DNA of 64,000 nt from an uncultured bacterium. GTDB taxonomy: Bacteria; Verrucomicrobiota; Verrucomicrobiia; Limisphaerales; UBA8199. A program made the translations under genes and the position numbers. The notes beneath the pieces are model-generated. The model was not told the origin of the DNA and did not search any database. It saw only the letters and a program-made list of their open reading frames with translations. The stretch spans positions 288,001-352,000 of the forward strand of contig CAVVMW010000006.1 in the NCBI GenBank assembly GCA_963749495.1, read 5' to 3'. Positions 28,751 to 37,025 of this stretch are shown one piece after another. The first letter of the stretch is position 1; every line of letters starts with the position of its first letter.

Positions 28751-28890
28751 ACTGACCCGTGAAACGTGAAACGTGAACCTTTTTCCATGCCCAACGCGTT
28801 ATCTATCGCTTTTCACGTTTCACGTTTCACGTTTCACGGCTCTAGACAATTGGGGTGTTGTCCCTTCATGTCTCTTTGGCCCTTGCACTT

Positions 28891-30504
28891 GTGAAAACCA
28901 TTGACCGGCATCAAGTCCTGCCGACGCTCCAGCCGGCCCTGGCCGACCTGACCGAACGTTTCGGCCCGCGCCTGGAGGCCGTGCTCCCCGCCCGCCCCGA
29001 CGAGGTCTATTTTGTCGCGCAAATGGACCTGGTCCCCGGCTTTTGCGCCCAGCTCTACAAGAAATGGAACGGGCGCCTGGCCGGCCTGTTCGCCGACAAC
29101 GCCCGCGCGGAGACGGGGATGTTCCACCTGTATTACGTGTTTGCGCTGGATGCGGCGCACGGTTTTTTCATCCTTCGAACCGCGGTCCCGCCCGACCAGC
29201 CGCGATTCACCTCGCTGGCCAACGCCCTGCCGGCCGCCAATTGGCAGGAACGCGAGATCCAGGACCTCTTCGGCCTGAAGCTGGAGGGACATCCCAACCC
29301 GCGGCGCTGCGCCCTGCACGACGACTGGCCGGAGGTGTGCCCGCTGCGAAAGGATTTCGACCTCAAGACCAAGCTGCCTGCCTTCCGCGGCGAACGGCAC
29401 AAGTTCCGCGAGGTCGAAGGCGAGGGCGTCTTCCAGGTGCCGGTCGGTCCCGTACACGCCGGCATCATCGAGCCGGGGCACTTCCTGTTCAGCGTGGCCG
29501 GCGAACCGGTCCTCTACCTCCAGATCCGGCTCTTCTATACGCACAAAGGGACCGAGAAACTCTTCGAGAACCTGCCCATCCCGCACGCCGTCTGTTTGGC
29601 GGAGAGCATCTCGGGCGATTCGAGCTTCGCGCACGCCACCGCCTTTTGCCACGCGGTCGAGCGGGCCGCCGGCATCGAGCCGCCGCCCCGCGCCCGCGCC
29701 CTGCGCACTGTCTGCCTGGAACTGGAGCGCATCTGCAACCACATCGCCGACATCGGGGCCATCGCCACGGACGTGGCCTTCGTGGTGGCCAATGCCCACG
29801 CCATGCGGCTCAAGGAAGGTGTCCTGCGCCTCAACGAGCAGTTGACCGGCAACCGCCTCCTGCGCGGCATGGCCTGGCCGGGCGGCGTCCGCTTCGACTG
29901 GACCGCGCCGCAAATCCAGGCCGCCGCCCGCTTTGTCACCGAGCTGCAGCCGCAATTCGATTCCTTGGTCGGGCTCATCCGCGACTCCTCCTCGACCCGC
30001 GATCGGCTCGAGACCACCGGCATCCTCAAGCCGGAAATCGCCCGCGACCTCGGCGTGGTCGGCATTGCCGGGCGCGCCTCGGGCTTCGACCACGACCTGC
30101 GCCGCGATTTCCCCCACGCCGCCTATGGAGATGTGAGGTTCACCGTGCCGGTTTATCAGGAAGGAGATGTGCTGCGGCGCATGCAGGTGCGCATCGATGA
30201 GGTCCAGCAGGCCCTCTCGATCATTGGGCAACTGCTGGCCCGCCTCCCGGACGGCCCCGCGCGCGTGCCCGTGCCGCCCCTGACCCCAGGCGCCGCCGCC
30301 CTCGGGTTTGTCGAGGGCTGGCGCGGCGAGATCTTCCACTGGCTGCGCGCCGCCCCAAACGGCCGCCTCGCCCGGTGCAAGATCAAAGACCCCTCGCTCC
30401 AAAACTGGCCCGCCCTGAGCGAGGCCATCCTCGACAACATCATCCCGGACTTCCCCGTGGTGAACAAAAGCTTCAACCTCTCCTACTCTGGAACGGACCG
30501 TTGA
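28891..30504 (+). CDS. HyfG/HycE (NuoC+D)-like large subunit lacking NiFe ligands (EhrL)
   Basis: EREIQDLFG..GHP, GPVHAGIIEPGHF, ELERICNH, VEGWRGE. L1 site reads ESISGDSSFAH and L2 reads DFPVVNKSFNLSYSG, with no Cys. Confidence 0.88.
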   Translation: MKTIDRHQVLPTLQPALADLTERFGPRLEAVLPARPDEVYFVAQMDLVPGFCAQLYKKWNGRLAGLFADNARAETGMFHLYYVFALDAAHGFFILRTAVPPDQPRFTSLANALPAANWQEREIQDLFGLKLEGHPNPRRCALHDDWPEVCPLRKDFDLKTKLPAFRGERHKFREVEGEGVFQVPVGPVHAGIIEPGHFLFSVAGEPVLYLQIRLFYTHKGTEKLFENLPIPHAVCLAESISGDSSFAHATAFCHAVERAAGIEPPPRARALRTVCLELERICNHIADIGAIATDVAFVVANAHAMRLKEGVLRLNEQLTGNRLLRGMAWPGGVRFDWTAPQIQAAARFVTELQPQFDSLVGLIRDSSSTRDRLETTGILKPEIARDLGVVGIAGRASGFDHDLRRDFPHAAYGDVRFTVPVYQEGDVLRRMQVRIDEVQQALSIIGQLLARLPDGPARVPVPPLTPGAAALGFVEGWRGEIFHWLRAAPNGRLARCKIKDPSLQNWPALSEAILDNIIPDFPVVNKSFNLSYSGTDR

Positions 30505-30604
30505 ATGCTTCGCACCATGCTAACCCCGGACTTCCGTCAGACCGGCCAGACGCGTCAGACCTGTCAGACCCGTCCGACCGTCCGTGCCGGAATTTGAAAT
30601 CCCC

Positions 30605-31522
30605 ATGTTCGACATACTGCGCAAGAGTTTGAGCACCGGTTTGGTCACGACCCGCTACCCGGCCATTCCGGCCGAGGTCTCGGGCGCTGCCCGCGGCCGG
30701 CCGGAGATTGATTGGCCCAATTGGAAAGACGCACGCGCCGCCGCCGCAAGCTGCCCCACCGGCGCCCTGGCGTGCCTGGAGGGCGCTGCCCGGCGGACCG
30801 TGAAACTGGACCTGGCCCGGTGCATCTTCTGCGGCCTGTGCGCCGAGGCCGACGCCGCCATCCGGATGACGCCCGCCTGCGAGTTGGCCGCCCGCCGACG
30901 CGCTGACTTGGTCACCACTGCAACCTACGGCCTGGCCCGCGACGGCCTGCAAGCCGGGTTGGTTTGCCTGGAGCCGGCCTCGGGCGGTCCTCAGGGGCGC
31001 ACCGCCCCTGCGGCGCGCGCCGGAGACCAGGCCGCCGCCTCCTGCCCGCCGGCCGAGCCGGCGCGGCCCGGCGCAGAATCCTTGGAGGCCTTGGGCGCCG
31101 AGCTCAAGACGCGAATCCAGAGCGTGCTGGGGCGCTCCCTGCACATCCGCGAGGTGGACGCCGCCTCGTGCAACGGCTGCGAGGTCGAGATCGCCGGCCT
31201 CAACAGCCCCGTCTATGACATCGAACGGCTGGGCATCCATTTCGTGGCCTCGCCGCGCCACGCGGACATGCTCCTGGTCACGGGCCCGGTCTCGCGGAAC
31301 ATGGAACTGGCCTTGCGCAAGACCTACGACGCGACGCCCGAACCGCGCCTGGTCGTGGCGGTGGGCGCCTGCGGCTGCAGCGGCGGCATCTTCGGCCAGA
31401 ACTATGCCTGCATCGGCGGCGTGGACAAAGTCATCCCCGTGGACGTTTATATCCCCGGCTGCCCCCCCAATCCCCACGCACTCCTCCACGGCATCCTGAC
31501 CGCCATCGGACGATTGGCGTAG
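30605..31522 (+). CDS. Ferredoxin-like domain fused to a NuoB/HycG-type small subunit (EhrS)
   Basis: CPTGA and CIFCGLC in the N-terminus; SCNGCEVE, SPRHAD, GACGCSGG, IPGCPP in the C-terminus. Confidence 0.88.
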   Translation: MFDILRKSLSTGLVTTRYPAIPAEVSGAARGRPEIDWPNWKDARAAAASCPTGALACLEGAARRTVKLDLARCIFCGLCAEADAAIRMTPACELAARRRADLVTTATYGLARDGLQAGLVCLEPASGGPQGRTAPAARAGDQAAASCPPAEPARPGAESLEALGAELKTRIQSVLGRSLHIREVDAASCNGCEVEIAGLNSPVYDIERLGIHFVASPRHADMLLVTGPVSRNMELALRKTYDATPEPRLVVAVGACGCSGGIFGQNYACIGGVDKVIPVDVYIPGCPPNPHALLHGILTAIGRLA

Positions 31523-31572
31523 TGGGCCGTTTCATAAATAGAGCCTGTCCCAAAAGGCACGCGAGTCGGGGA

Positions 31573-31661
31573 CCTTTGTCGCATCCTTTGTCGAAACCTT
31601 TGTCGGATTGGCCATTTCTCGACAAAGTTTTCGACAAAGGATGCGACAAAGGTCCGGAATC
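31573..31661. repeat. Inverted 12-mer cassette (CCTTTGTCGnnn)x3 - GGATTGGCCATTTCT - (CGACAAAGGnnn)x3
   Basis: Near-identical copy at 60838-60927; related copies at 45696-45775 and 49746-49812. Confidence 0.85.
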
Positions 31662-31764
31662 AGAGCTTTTGGGACGCGCTCCAAATGCGCCGGTTCTGGA
31701 CTGGCGCAGTCCAAAACCTCGCGGGCTTCGACAGATCTTGCTGGCTGACCGCCGCAAGAATCCC

Positions 31765-31793
31765 TGAAACAAACCCCCCATCCCGGGGGTTGT
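31765..31793 (+). promoter_or_regulatory. Possible ECF-type autoregulatory promoter
   Basis: TGAAAC at 31765 with GGTTGT about 17 nt later, upstream of the ECF sigma gene. Weak support. Confidence 0.3.
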
Positions 31794-31890
31794 GCAAGTA
31801 GATGAATATGAAGCCATCGAGTCATGCAAGTCCTTTGCTTTCAGTTGTGTTTCAGGCATAGGATCGGCCCCGAACCCTCGCGGGCAGCCA

Positions 31891-32442
31891 ATGACCGATG
31901 CACAACCATTCGAGATGTTCGTGCGCAACTACCAGGACATGGTGTTTAGTACCGCGATGCGTTTGCTGGCCAACGAGGCTGAGGCCCAGGACATCGCCCA
32001 GGAGGTCTTCATCAAGGCCTACGACCGGTTCGGAGAGTTGCGCGACAGCCCGACGGTGGGCGGATGGCTCAAGAAAGTGGCCACCAACCTCTGCCTGAAC
32101 CACCTGTCGCGCTACCGGGCCCGGTGGAGCTTCTTCTCCGAGATGCGCTCCGGCGGCGGTGAGGACGAGGAAAGAGAAGTCGAGTTTGCCGCCCCCGACA
32201 ACCTCGAGGAGGAGGTTGCCCGCGACGATTGCCGGGAACTGGTCGAGGCGGCGCTCCAGTCCCTGCCGGCAGCCCAGCGCGTCCCCCTGGTGCTCTACCA
32301 CCTCGAGGGCCTGCGCTACGAAGAAATCGCCGCCAAGCTCCAGGTCTCCCTGGGGAAGGTCAAGACGGACATCTTTCGCGGACGCGCCGCGTTGCGCAAG
32401 AAACTGCAAAAGCAGTTGGCGGGAGGGGTTGGGGCGGCGTGA
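31891..32442 (+). CDS. ECF RNA polymerase sigma factor
   Basis: AQDIAQEVFIKAY, WLKKVATNLCLN, LRYEEIAAKL..SLGKVKTDIFRGR. Confidence 0.9.
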   Translation: MTDAQPFEMFVRNYQDMVFSTAMRLLANEAEAQDIAQEVFIKAYDRFGELRDSPTVGGWLKKVATNLCLNHLSRYRARWSFFSEMRSGGGEDEEREVEFAAPDNLEEEVARDDCRELVEAALQSLPAAQRVPLVLYHLEGLRYEEIAAKLQVSLGKVKTDIFRGRAALRKKLQKQLAGGVGAA

Positions 32443-32527
32443 GGAACGCGGAATGACGAATGACGAATGACGAATGACGAATGATGAAGCCGATAAACAG
32501 ATTTCGCAACTGTCCAGGTGGGGACGC

Positions 32528-32642
32528 GTGGGGCAGACCTCCGGTCTGCCGGTTGCAGGGGCCTCTGGCCCCGAGCCTCGCAACTGCAAGGGACACGGAG
32601 CCGGAGGCTCCGTGAACCGGCAGACCAGAGGTCTGCCCCACA
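32528..32642. repeat. Palindromic repeat GTGGGGCAGACCTCCGGTCTGCC...GGCAGACCAGAGGTCTGCCCCAC
   Basis: Terminal arms are complementary and each contains an internal hairpin. Confidence 0.8.
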
Positions 32643-32664
32643 CCTGAACAGTTACCAGATTTCA

Positions 32665-33135
32665 ATGAACAGCGAGTACGAGAAAAGATTGGAAGCGGAG
32701 ATTGACGCGGTGCTCGAGGGGTTGCCGGATCGGCCGGCGCCCCGAACGCTCTTGCCTCGAGTGATGGCCGCCATCGAAGCGCGCGCCGCCCTGCCGTGGT
32801 ATCGCCAATCCTGGCAGACCTGGCCGGCGTCCATACGGGTCGTGTGCCTGGTGGTCTTGATCTCCGTGTTTGGCGGGATCTGCCTGGCGGGCTGGAAGCT
32901 GCCGCAGGCAGACGCTTACGCCTCGACGGTGCGGGAGGTCGGCCGCTGGCTTTCGACGCTGGGCGCTGTGTGGGACTTGTTCAGCACGCTCCTGAATGCC
33001 GTGGTGCTCATGGTCAAACAACTGCCGGGACCGCTCATCACCGGGTGCGTGGTGGCCCTGGCGCTCGCCTACGCCCTGTGCATCGCCCTGGGCGCCGCCT
33101 GGATGCGCCTGGCCTTCCCGCGCCGCTCACCCTGA
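32665..33135 (+). CDS. Probable membrane anti-sigma factor
   Basis: Directly after the ECF gene; LPDRPAPRTLLPRVMAAI followed by 2-3 TM helices. Confidence 0.65.
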   Translation: MNSEYEKRLEAEIDAVLEGLPDRPAPRTLLPRVMAAIEARAALPWYRQSWQTWPASIRVVCLVVLISVFGGICLAGWKLPQADAYASTVREVGRWLSTLGAVWDLFSTLLNAVVLMVKQLPGPLITGCVVALALAYALCIALGAAWMRLAFPRRSP

Positions 33136-33195
33136 AACGTGAAACGTGAAACGTGAAACGTGAATAGGCTCCAATGACCTTGGATTTTATTGACT

Positions 33196-35007
33196 ATGAA
33201 GAAAGCAGGACATTTAACACTAGCCCAACGTTCCAAGAAACCCACGAGGCGCTCCGTCCTGGCCCAGTCGCTCGCACTGGCCGCCCTGGTGGCATTCTGT
33301 CCGATGGCGCTGCCCGCCTGGCAAACCGGCGCCGGGCCCGGCGGAACAGCCTCCGCCTCGGCCCAGGCCGAGGCCCCGGACACCAACGCGCCCCCCGGCG
33401 CGCCGGCTGCCGCCGCGGGCAACCAGCCCCCTCGAACCGAAAAGCGAAAGCCCGCCCGCATTGACCGGCAGGCCATCGTCGTGACCGGCAGAGACGCCGA
33501 ACTCAAGGCCGATGAGTCGGCCGAGGTCATCGTCGTCCTCGGCGGGTCAGCCAAGGTCCACGGCAAGGTGCGCCAGTATGTGGTGGTGATTGGCGGCGAC
33601 ATCGAAGTGGACGGCGAGGTCGATGACAACGTTGTGGCCATTCTGGGCAGCGTCCGGATAGGGCAGGGGGCGGATTTGCGCCGGGACGTCCTCTCGGTGA
33701 TGGGATCGGTCAACGTCGAGCCCAAGGCCACGGTTGGCGGGGACGTGACGGTCGTGGGGGGCCAGTTGGACGTGGCGGAGGGGGCGGACGTCAAGGGGGA
33801 AAGGGTCGAGTTGGGCATGAACCTCGCATGGCTCAAGCAATGGATACGCCAGTGCCTGTTCAAGCTGCGTCCGCTCTCCCCGGAGGTGGGCTGGGTCTGG
33901 GTGGTGGCGGGGGCGTTCTTCCTGTTCTACCTGCTGGTTGCCGCCGCTCTGCCTCGGCCGGTGCGGGCCTGCGTGGAGGTGCTCAACGACCGCCCAGGCA
34001 CCACGATTGTGCTGGGCATTCTGGCCAAGCTGCTCGTCCCTATCCTCTTCATCATCCTGGTCGCCACGGGCGTCGGTTTGCTGATCGTGCCGTTTCTGGC
34101 CCTGGCCCTGTTCGTTGGCGTGCTGATCGGCAAGGTGGCGCTGCTGGAGTGGGTTGGATTGAGCATCGGACACCAATCCGGCGTGCGGTCGCTGCAGCGG
34201 CCCTTGCCCGCCTTCGTCATGGGCTCCATCATCCTGACCCTCTTCTACATGATCTGGGTGGTGGGCTTGCTCGCCTACATCGGTTTCGGTATCTGGGGAC
34301 TGGGCGTCGCCGTTACGGCCGTGATGGGCCATGTGCGCCGCAAGCGGGCGCCGGAGCCATCAGCCCCATCCCAGCCCGCAGCGCCGGAGCCGGCTCCTGC
34401 AACCGCAGCCATGGCTGCGGCAGCCGCCCCGGCCTGGACGTCGCCGGCCATGGCATCCGCTCCGGCCTGGGCGCCCACCTCACCGTCACCGGCGCCGGCG
34501 GCAGCCGCGCCGCCCGCGCCTGCATGGACGCCGGCGGCGTCCGAGGCGGCCCCCGCCCAGGCCGTTGAGCCTGAGCCGCCCCAAGCGCAGGCCATGCCGG
34601 CGCCCCCGGCAGCCCCGCCCGAGGCCCTCATCTACCCCAGGGCCGGCTTTTGGGACCGCATCGGCGCTGCATTTCTCGATATCGTGGTGGTCTCAGTTCT
34701 CGATCTGTTCATTCCCGGACCCTGGTGGTTGCTCTGGCTGATCGCCCTCGCCTATTTCGCCGGGATGTGGGCTTGGCGAGGGACGACCGTCGGCGGCACG
34801 GTAGTGGGTCTCAAGGTCGTGCGCCTGGATGGACGGCCGATGTCGTTTATGGTCGCCATGGTGCGCGGCCTTGGGGCTGCATTTTCGATCCTGGTGATGG
34901 GCCTGGGTTACCTGTGGATTGCCTGGGACGCGGAGAAACAAGGCTGGCATGACCGCATCGCCGGCACCGTCGTTGTGCGCCTGCCCCGCGGCACGCCGCT
35001 AGTGTGA
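33196..35007 (+). CDS. Membrane protein: beta-helical (bactofilin-like) repeats, TM bundle, Pro/Ala linker, C-terminal RDD domain
   Basis: Repeated V-V-I-G-G-x-x-x-V-x-G-x-V; RAGFWDRIGAAFLD...KQGWHDRIAGTVVV (RDD). Confidence 0.8.
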   Translation: MKKAGHLTLAQRSKKPTRRSVLAQSLALAALVAFCPMALPAWQTGAGPGGTASASAQAEAPDTNAPPGAPAAAAGNQPPRTEKRKPARIDRQAIVVTGRDAELKADESAEVIVVLGGSAKVHGKVRQYVVVIGGDIEVDGEVDDNVVAILGSVRIGQGADLRRDVLSVMGSVNVEPKATVGGDVTVVGGQLDVAEGADVKGERVELGMNLAWLKQWIRQCLFKLRPLSPEVGWVWVVAGAFFLFYLLVAAALPRPVRACVEVLNDRPGTTIVLGILAKLLVPILFIILVATGVGLLIVPFLALALFVGVLIGKVALLEWVGLSIGHQSGVRSLQRPLPAFVMGSIILTLFYMIWVVGLLAYIGFGIWGLGVAVTAVMGHVRRKRAPEPSAPSQPAAPEPAPATAAMAAAAAPAWTSPAMASAPAWAPTSPSPAPAAAAPPAPAWTPAASEAAPAQAVEPEPPQAQAMPAPPAAPPEALIYPRAGFWDRIGAAFLDIVVVSVLDLFIPGPWWLLWLIALAYFAGMWAWRGTTVGGTVVGLKVVRLDGRPMSFMVAMVRGLGAAFSILVMGLGYLWIAWDAEKQGWHDRIAGTVVVRLPRGTPLV

Positions 35008-35164
35008 GGGGAGGGGAAAGGGCCGAGGTGTCCGACCGGTCCGACCAGTCCGACGGGCTTTGCACAAAAAGCCTCCGTTTGACCTGACTTTTTGTGCAGG
35101 TGCCTATTCTGCACAAAAAGTTGATTTAGCAATCAGAGAGTGGTTCGACCAGGCTCATGGCTTT

Positions 35165-35638
35165 TCATTCTGATTCAATCGGTAGTGTCTTGATAAAACC
35201 GGCCAGTCTTTCCGCCTCGTTCTTGGTCAAGTCAGCAGGCAAATTGAAATCCACCTTGGTTTCCGGTCGGAGATGGAATGAATGAGTGAGCATCGCCTCT
35301 GAAACTTCTTCTGCCTCACCCGCCTCGATTTGCGGCGCTTCACCCGTAGCCGCACGTCCTGCGTTAATCATGCTGGCGCTCCACACAAAGCGCGAGGGCC
35401 ATCCCCTGCGCCCGGTGACAAAAGTGCCGCATTTCAACTCTGTCAACTTACGAAACAGGTCGATAATGTCGCCTCGTGTTAAATCCTGTTCTTCGTTCTG
35501 AAGAATGGCAAGGATGCGGTCAACTTTCGTCTCCGTCTGGTTATTCGTTCGCTTGGCGCAGTGGTCAAGGAATGCGCGTGCGCTCTTGTTGGAACCGTAA
35601 AGTTCCTTTAGCCCTTCGATGTTCAATTCATCACTCAT
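35165..35638 (-). CDS. Hypothetical protein (possible winged-helix N-terminus plus a small C-terminal domain)
   Basis: 157 aa with natural composition; IIDLFRKL...GTFVTGRRGWPSRFVW and FHLRP...NLPADLTKNEAERL. Confidence 0.7.
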   Translation of the reverse strand: MSDELNIEGLKELYGSNKSARAFLDHCAKRTNNQTETKVDRILAILQNEEQDLTRGDIIDLFRKLTELKCGTFVTGRRGWPSRFVWSASMINAGRAATGEAPQIEAGEAEEVSEAMLTHSFHLRPETKVDFNLPADLTKNEAERLAGFIKTLPIESE

Positions 35639-35701
35639 AATGGCCTTTTGGTCTTTTAGGGTGCCATTTTAATCGTGGAGTCGAAAATGTAAACAAAAAT
35701 C

Positions 35702-35850
35702 TCAATCCGACTTCGGCCCTCTGACCCGGAAAACCGCCGAGCACTTCGGGCAGCCAATCGTGGCGCTGGCTTTAATCCAACCGGGAGCGCAGTTGAACTC
35801 GTGCCCGCACTTCGGGCATTTGACGACTGGGGTGCCTTCGTTTAGCGATT
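35702..35850 (-). other. Small zinc-ribbon-like coding segment, no clear start codon
   Basis: CPKCGHEF...IGCPKCSAVFRV in ORF 35702..35938. Confidence 0.35.
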
Positions 35851-35852
35851 TT

Positions 35853-36386
35853 TCAGGGCTTTGAGACACTATTGGTGAACGGCAAAGGGGGTTTCTTCTC
35901 GTGTTCTGGCTGATTAGCCGCCGACAGAACAGCGGCAATGGCTCCGACAGCCAAAAGAGTGGTTACACCAAGCTGAAAACCGTGGCTCCAATGCCTCAAC
36001 ACAGTACGATTCCTTTTGCTGACTTCTTCAATTTCTTTAAGGATTTCAGAAGGAAATGTTATGCCTGCCGCCTCCATCATACCGTCACGAAAAAAGAACG
36101 AAATCTTGTTGTCAAGGTGCTGCGCTCGCCACAGTCCGGAAAGCCACATCCAATGTAGTAAAATAATCATTGCCACGGCTACGACAATAACAATAACGGA
36201 GCATTCAGACCATTTAGACGGTGCAATTCCCTTCCCGGTCAGAACTGCGCCAATGAATGCTGCGAGTGCCGTCCAAAGGGCAAGGCAAAGCTTCCACTCA
36301 ACCTGTGCTCTCCACGCATACCTCTCCATTGCAGATTTTCGTAGCAGTTCCAGCGCCTCTAACCTGTTCTTGGCTTCGACGGTCAT
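35853..36386 (-). CDS. Hypothetical membrane protein (about 3 TM helices)
   Basis: 177 aa with three hydrophobic segments. Confidence 0.65.
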   Translation of the reverse strand: MTVEAKNRLEALELLRKSAMERYAWRAQVEWKLCLALWTALAAFIGAVLTGKGIAPSKWSECSVIVIVVAVAMIILLHWMWLSGLWRAQHLDNKISFFFRDGMMEAAGITFPSEILKEIEEVSKRNRTVLRHWSHGFQLGVTTLLAVGAIAAVLSAANQPEHEKKPPLPFTNSVSKP

Positions 36387-36635
36387 ACGTTTTCAGGTTT
36401 TGGTCCAGTAGTTAAACGAAAGATTGAATTATGAAAAAAATTGACACGCAGGTCGAACCAGGAAAAAATGGCGATTGCATGAATTTGTTGCCGCTTTCTC
36501 AGCTTCAAGATGTTCAAAATAGGGCGCTGCTCTGTGCCGAAAAAGCGCGGCACCCGCTGTGGAAACGTGCGCTCATGGATTTGGCGTCCGCCGCCAGCCA
36601 TGTCCGAGGTCTTGAGGCTAGATGCACGGTCAAAG

Positions 36636-36974
36636 TTAATCAAACTGTTGGCAGCGCGGACACTTCCAATCGGTGCCCGCTGGACGGTCTGGATGACAAT
36701 CATTATCCAGAGGGTCATACTCGTGCCAATCGTGGCATTCCTGCTCAAAAGCAGCTTTCGGCGACGGAGCATAAGCGGCGCTGAAAAATTCATATTCTCG
36801 GATGTGCTTCTTGAGACGGTCGTTTAAGTCATTGTCTGAACGACCAACGTAGCGAATTACAAGCTCACCGTCATTGCGCATTGACCCAAGACGATAATTG
36901 CCGGGAGCAACGGTAGAAAACTCGGCATCTATGTTCTCCGCGTTGAGCGGGAAGGGGGCTTTGAAGATTGCCAT
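36636..36974 (-). CDS. Small GIY-YIG-like nuclease with C-terminal Cys/His motif
   Basis: PGNY...RYVGRS..LNDRL..H...FEQEC...DN, then CHP...CPRC. Confidence 0.65.
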   Translation of the reverse strand: MAIFKAPFPLNAENIDAEFSTVAPGNYRLGSMRNDGELVIRYVGRSDNDLNDRLKKHIREYEFFSAAYAPSPKAAFEQECHDWHEYDPLDNDCHPDRPAGTDWKCPRCQQFD

Positions 36975-37025
36975 ATATGGTCAGATTGTTCATAAACTGA
37001 TATTTGTAAACAAAATTCTCTCGGC

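Noticed and set aside
23237..31522. Functional hydrogenase-4 / formate hydrogenlyase
   Set aside because: All four Ni-binding cysteines are absent, and there are no hyp, protease or fdh genes.
36431..36784. 117-aa plus-strand ORF in the cargo
   Set aside because: It overlaps the better-supported GIY-YIG-like gene by about 150 bp and has no recognisable motif. Its 5' half could be a real fragment, but this cannot be supported.
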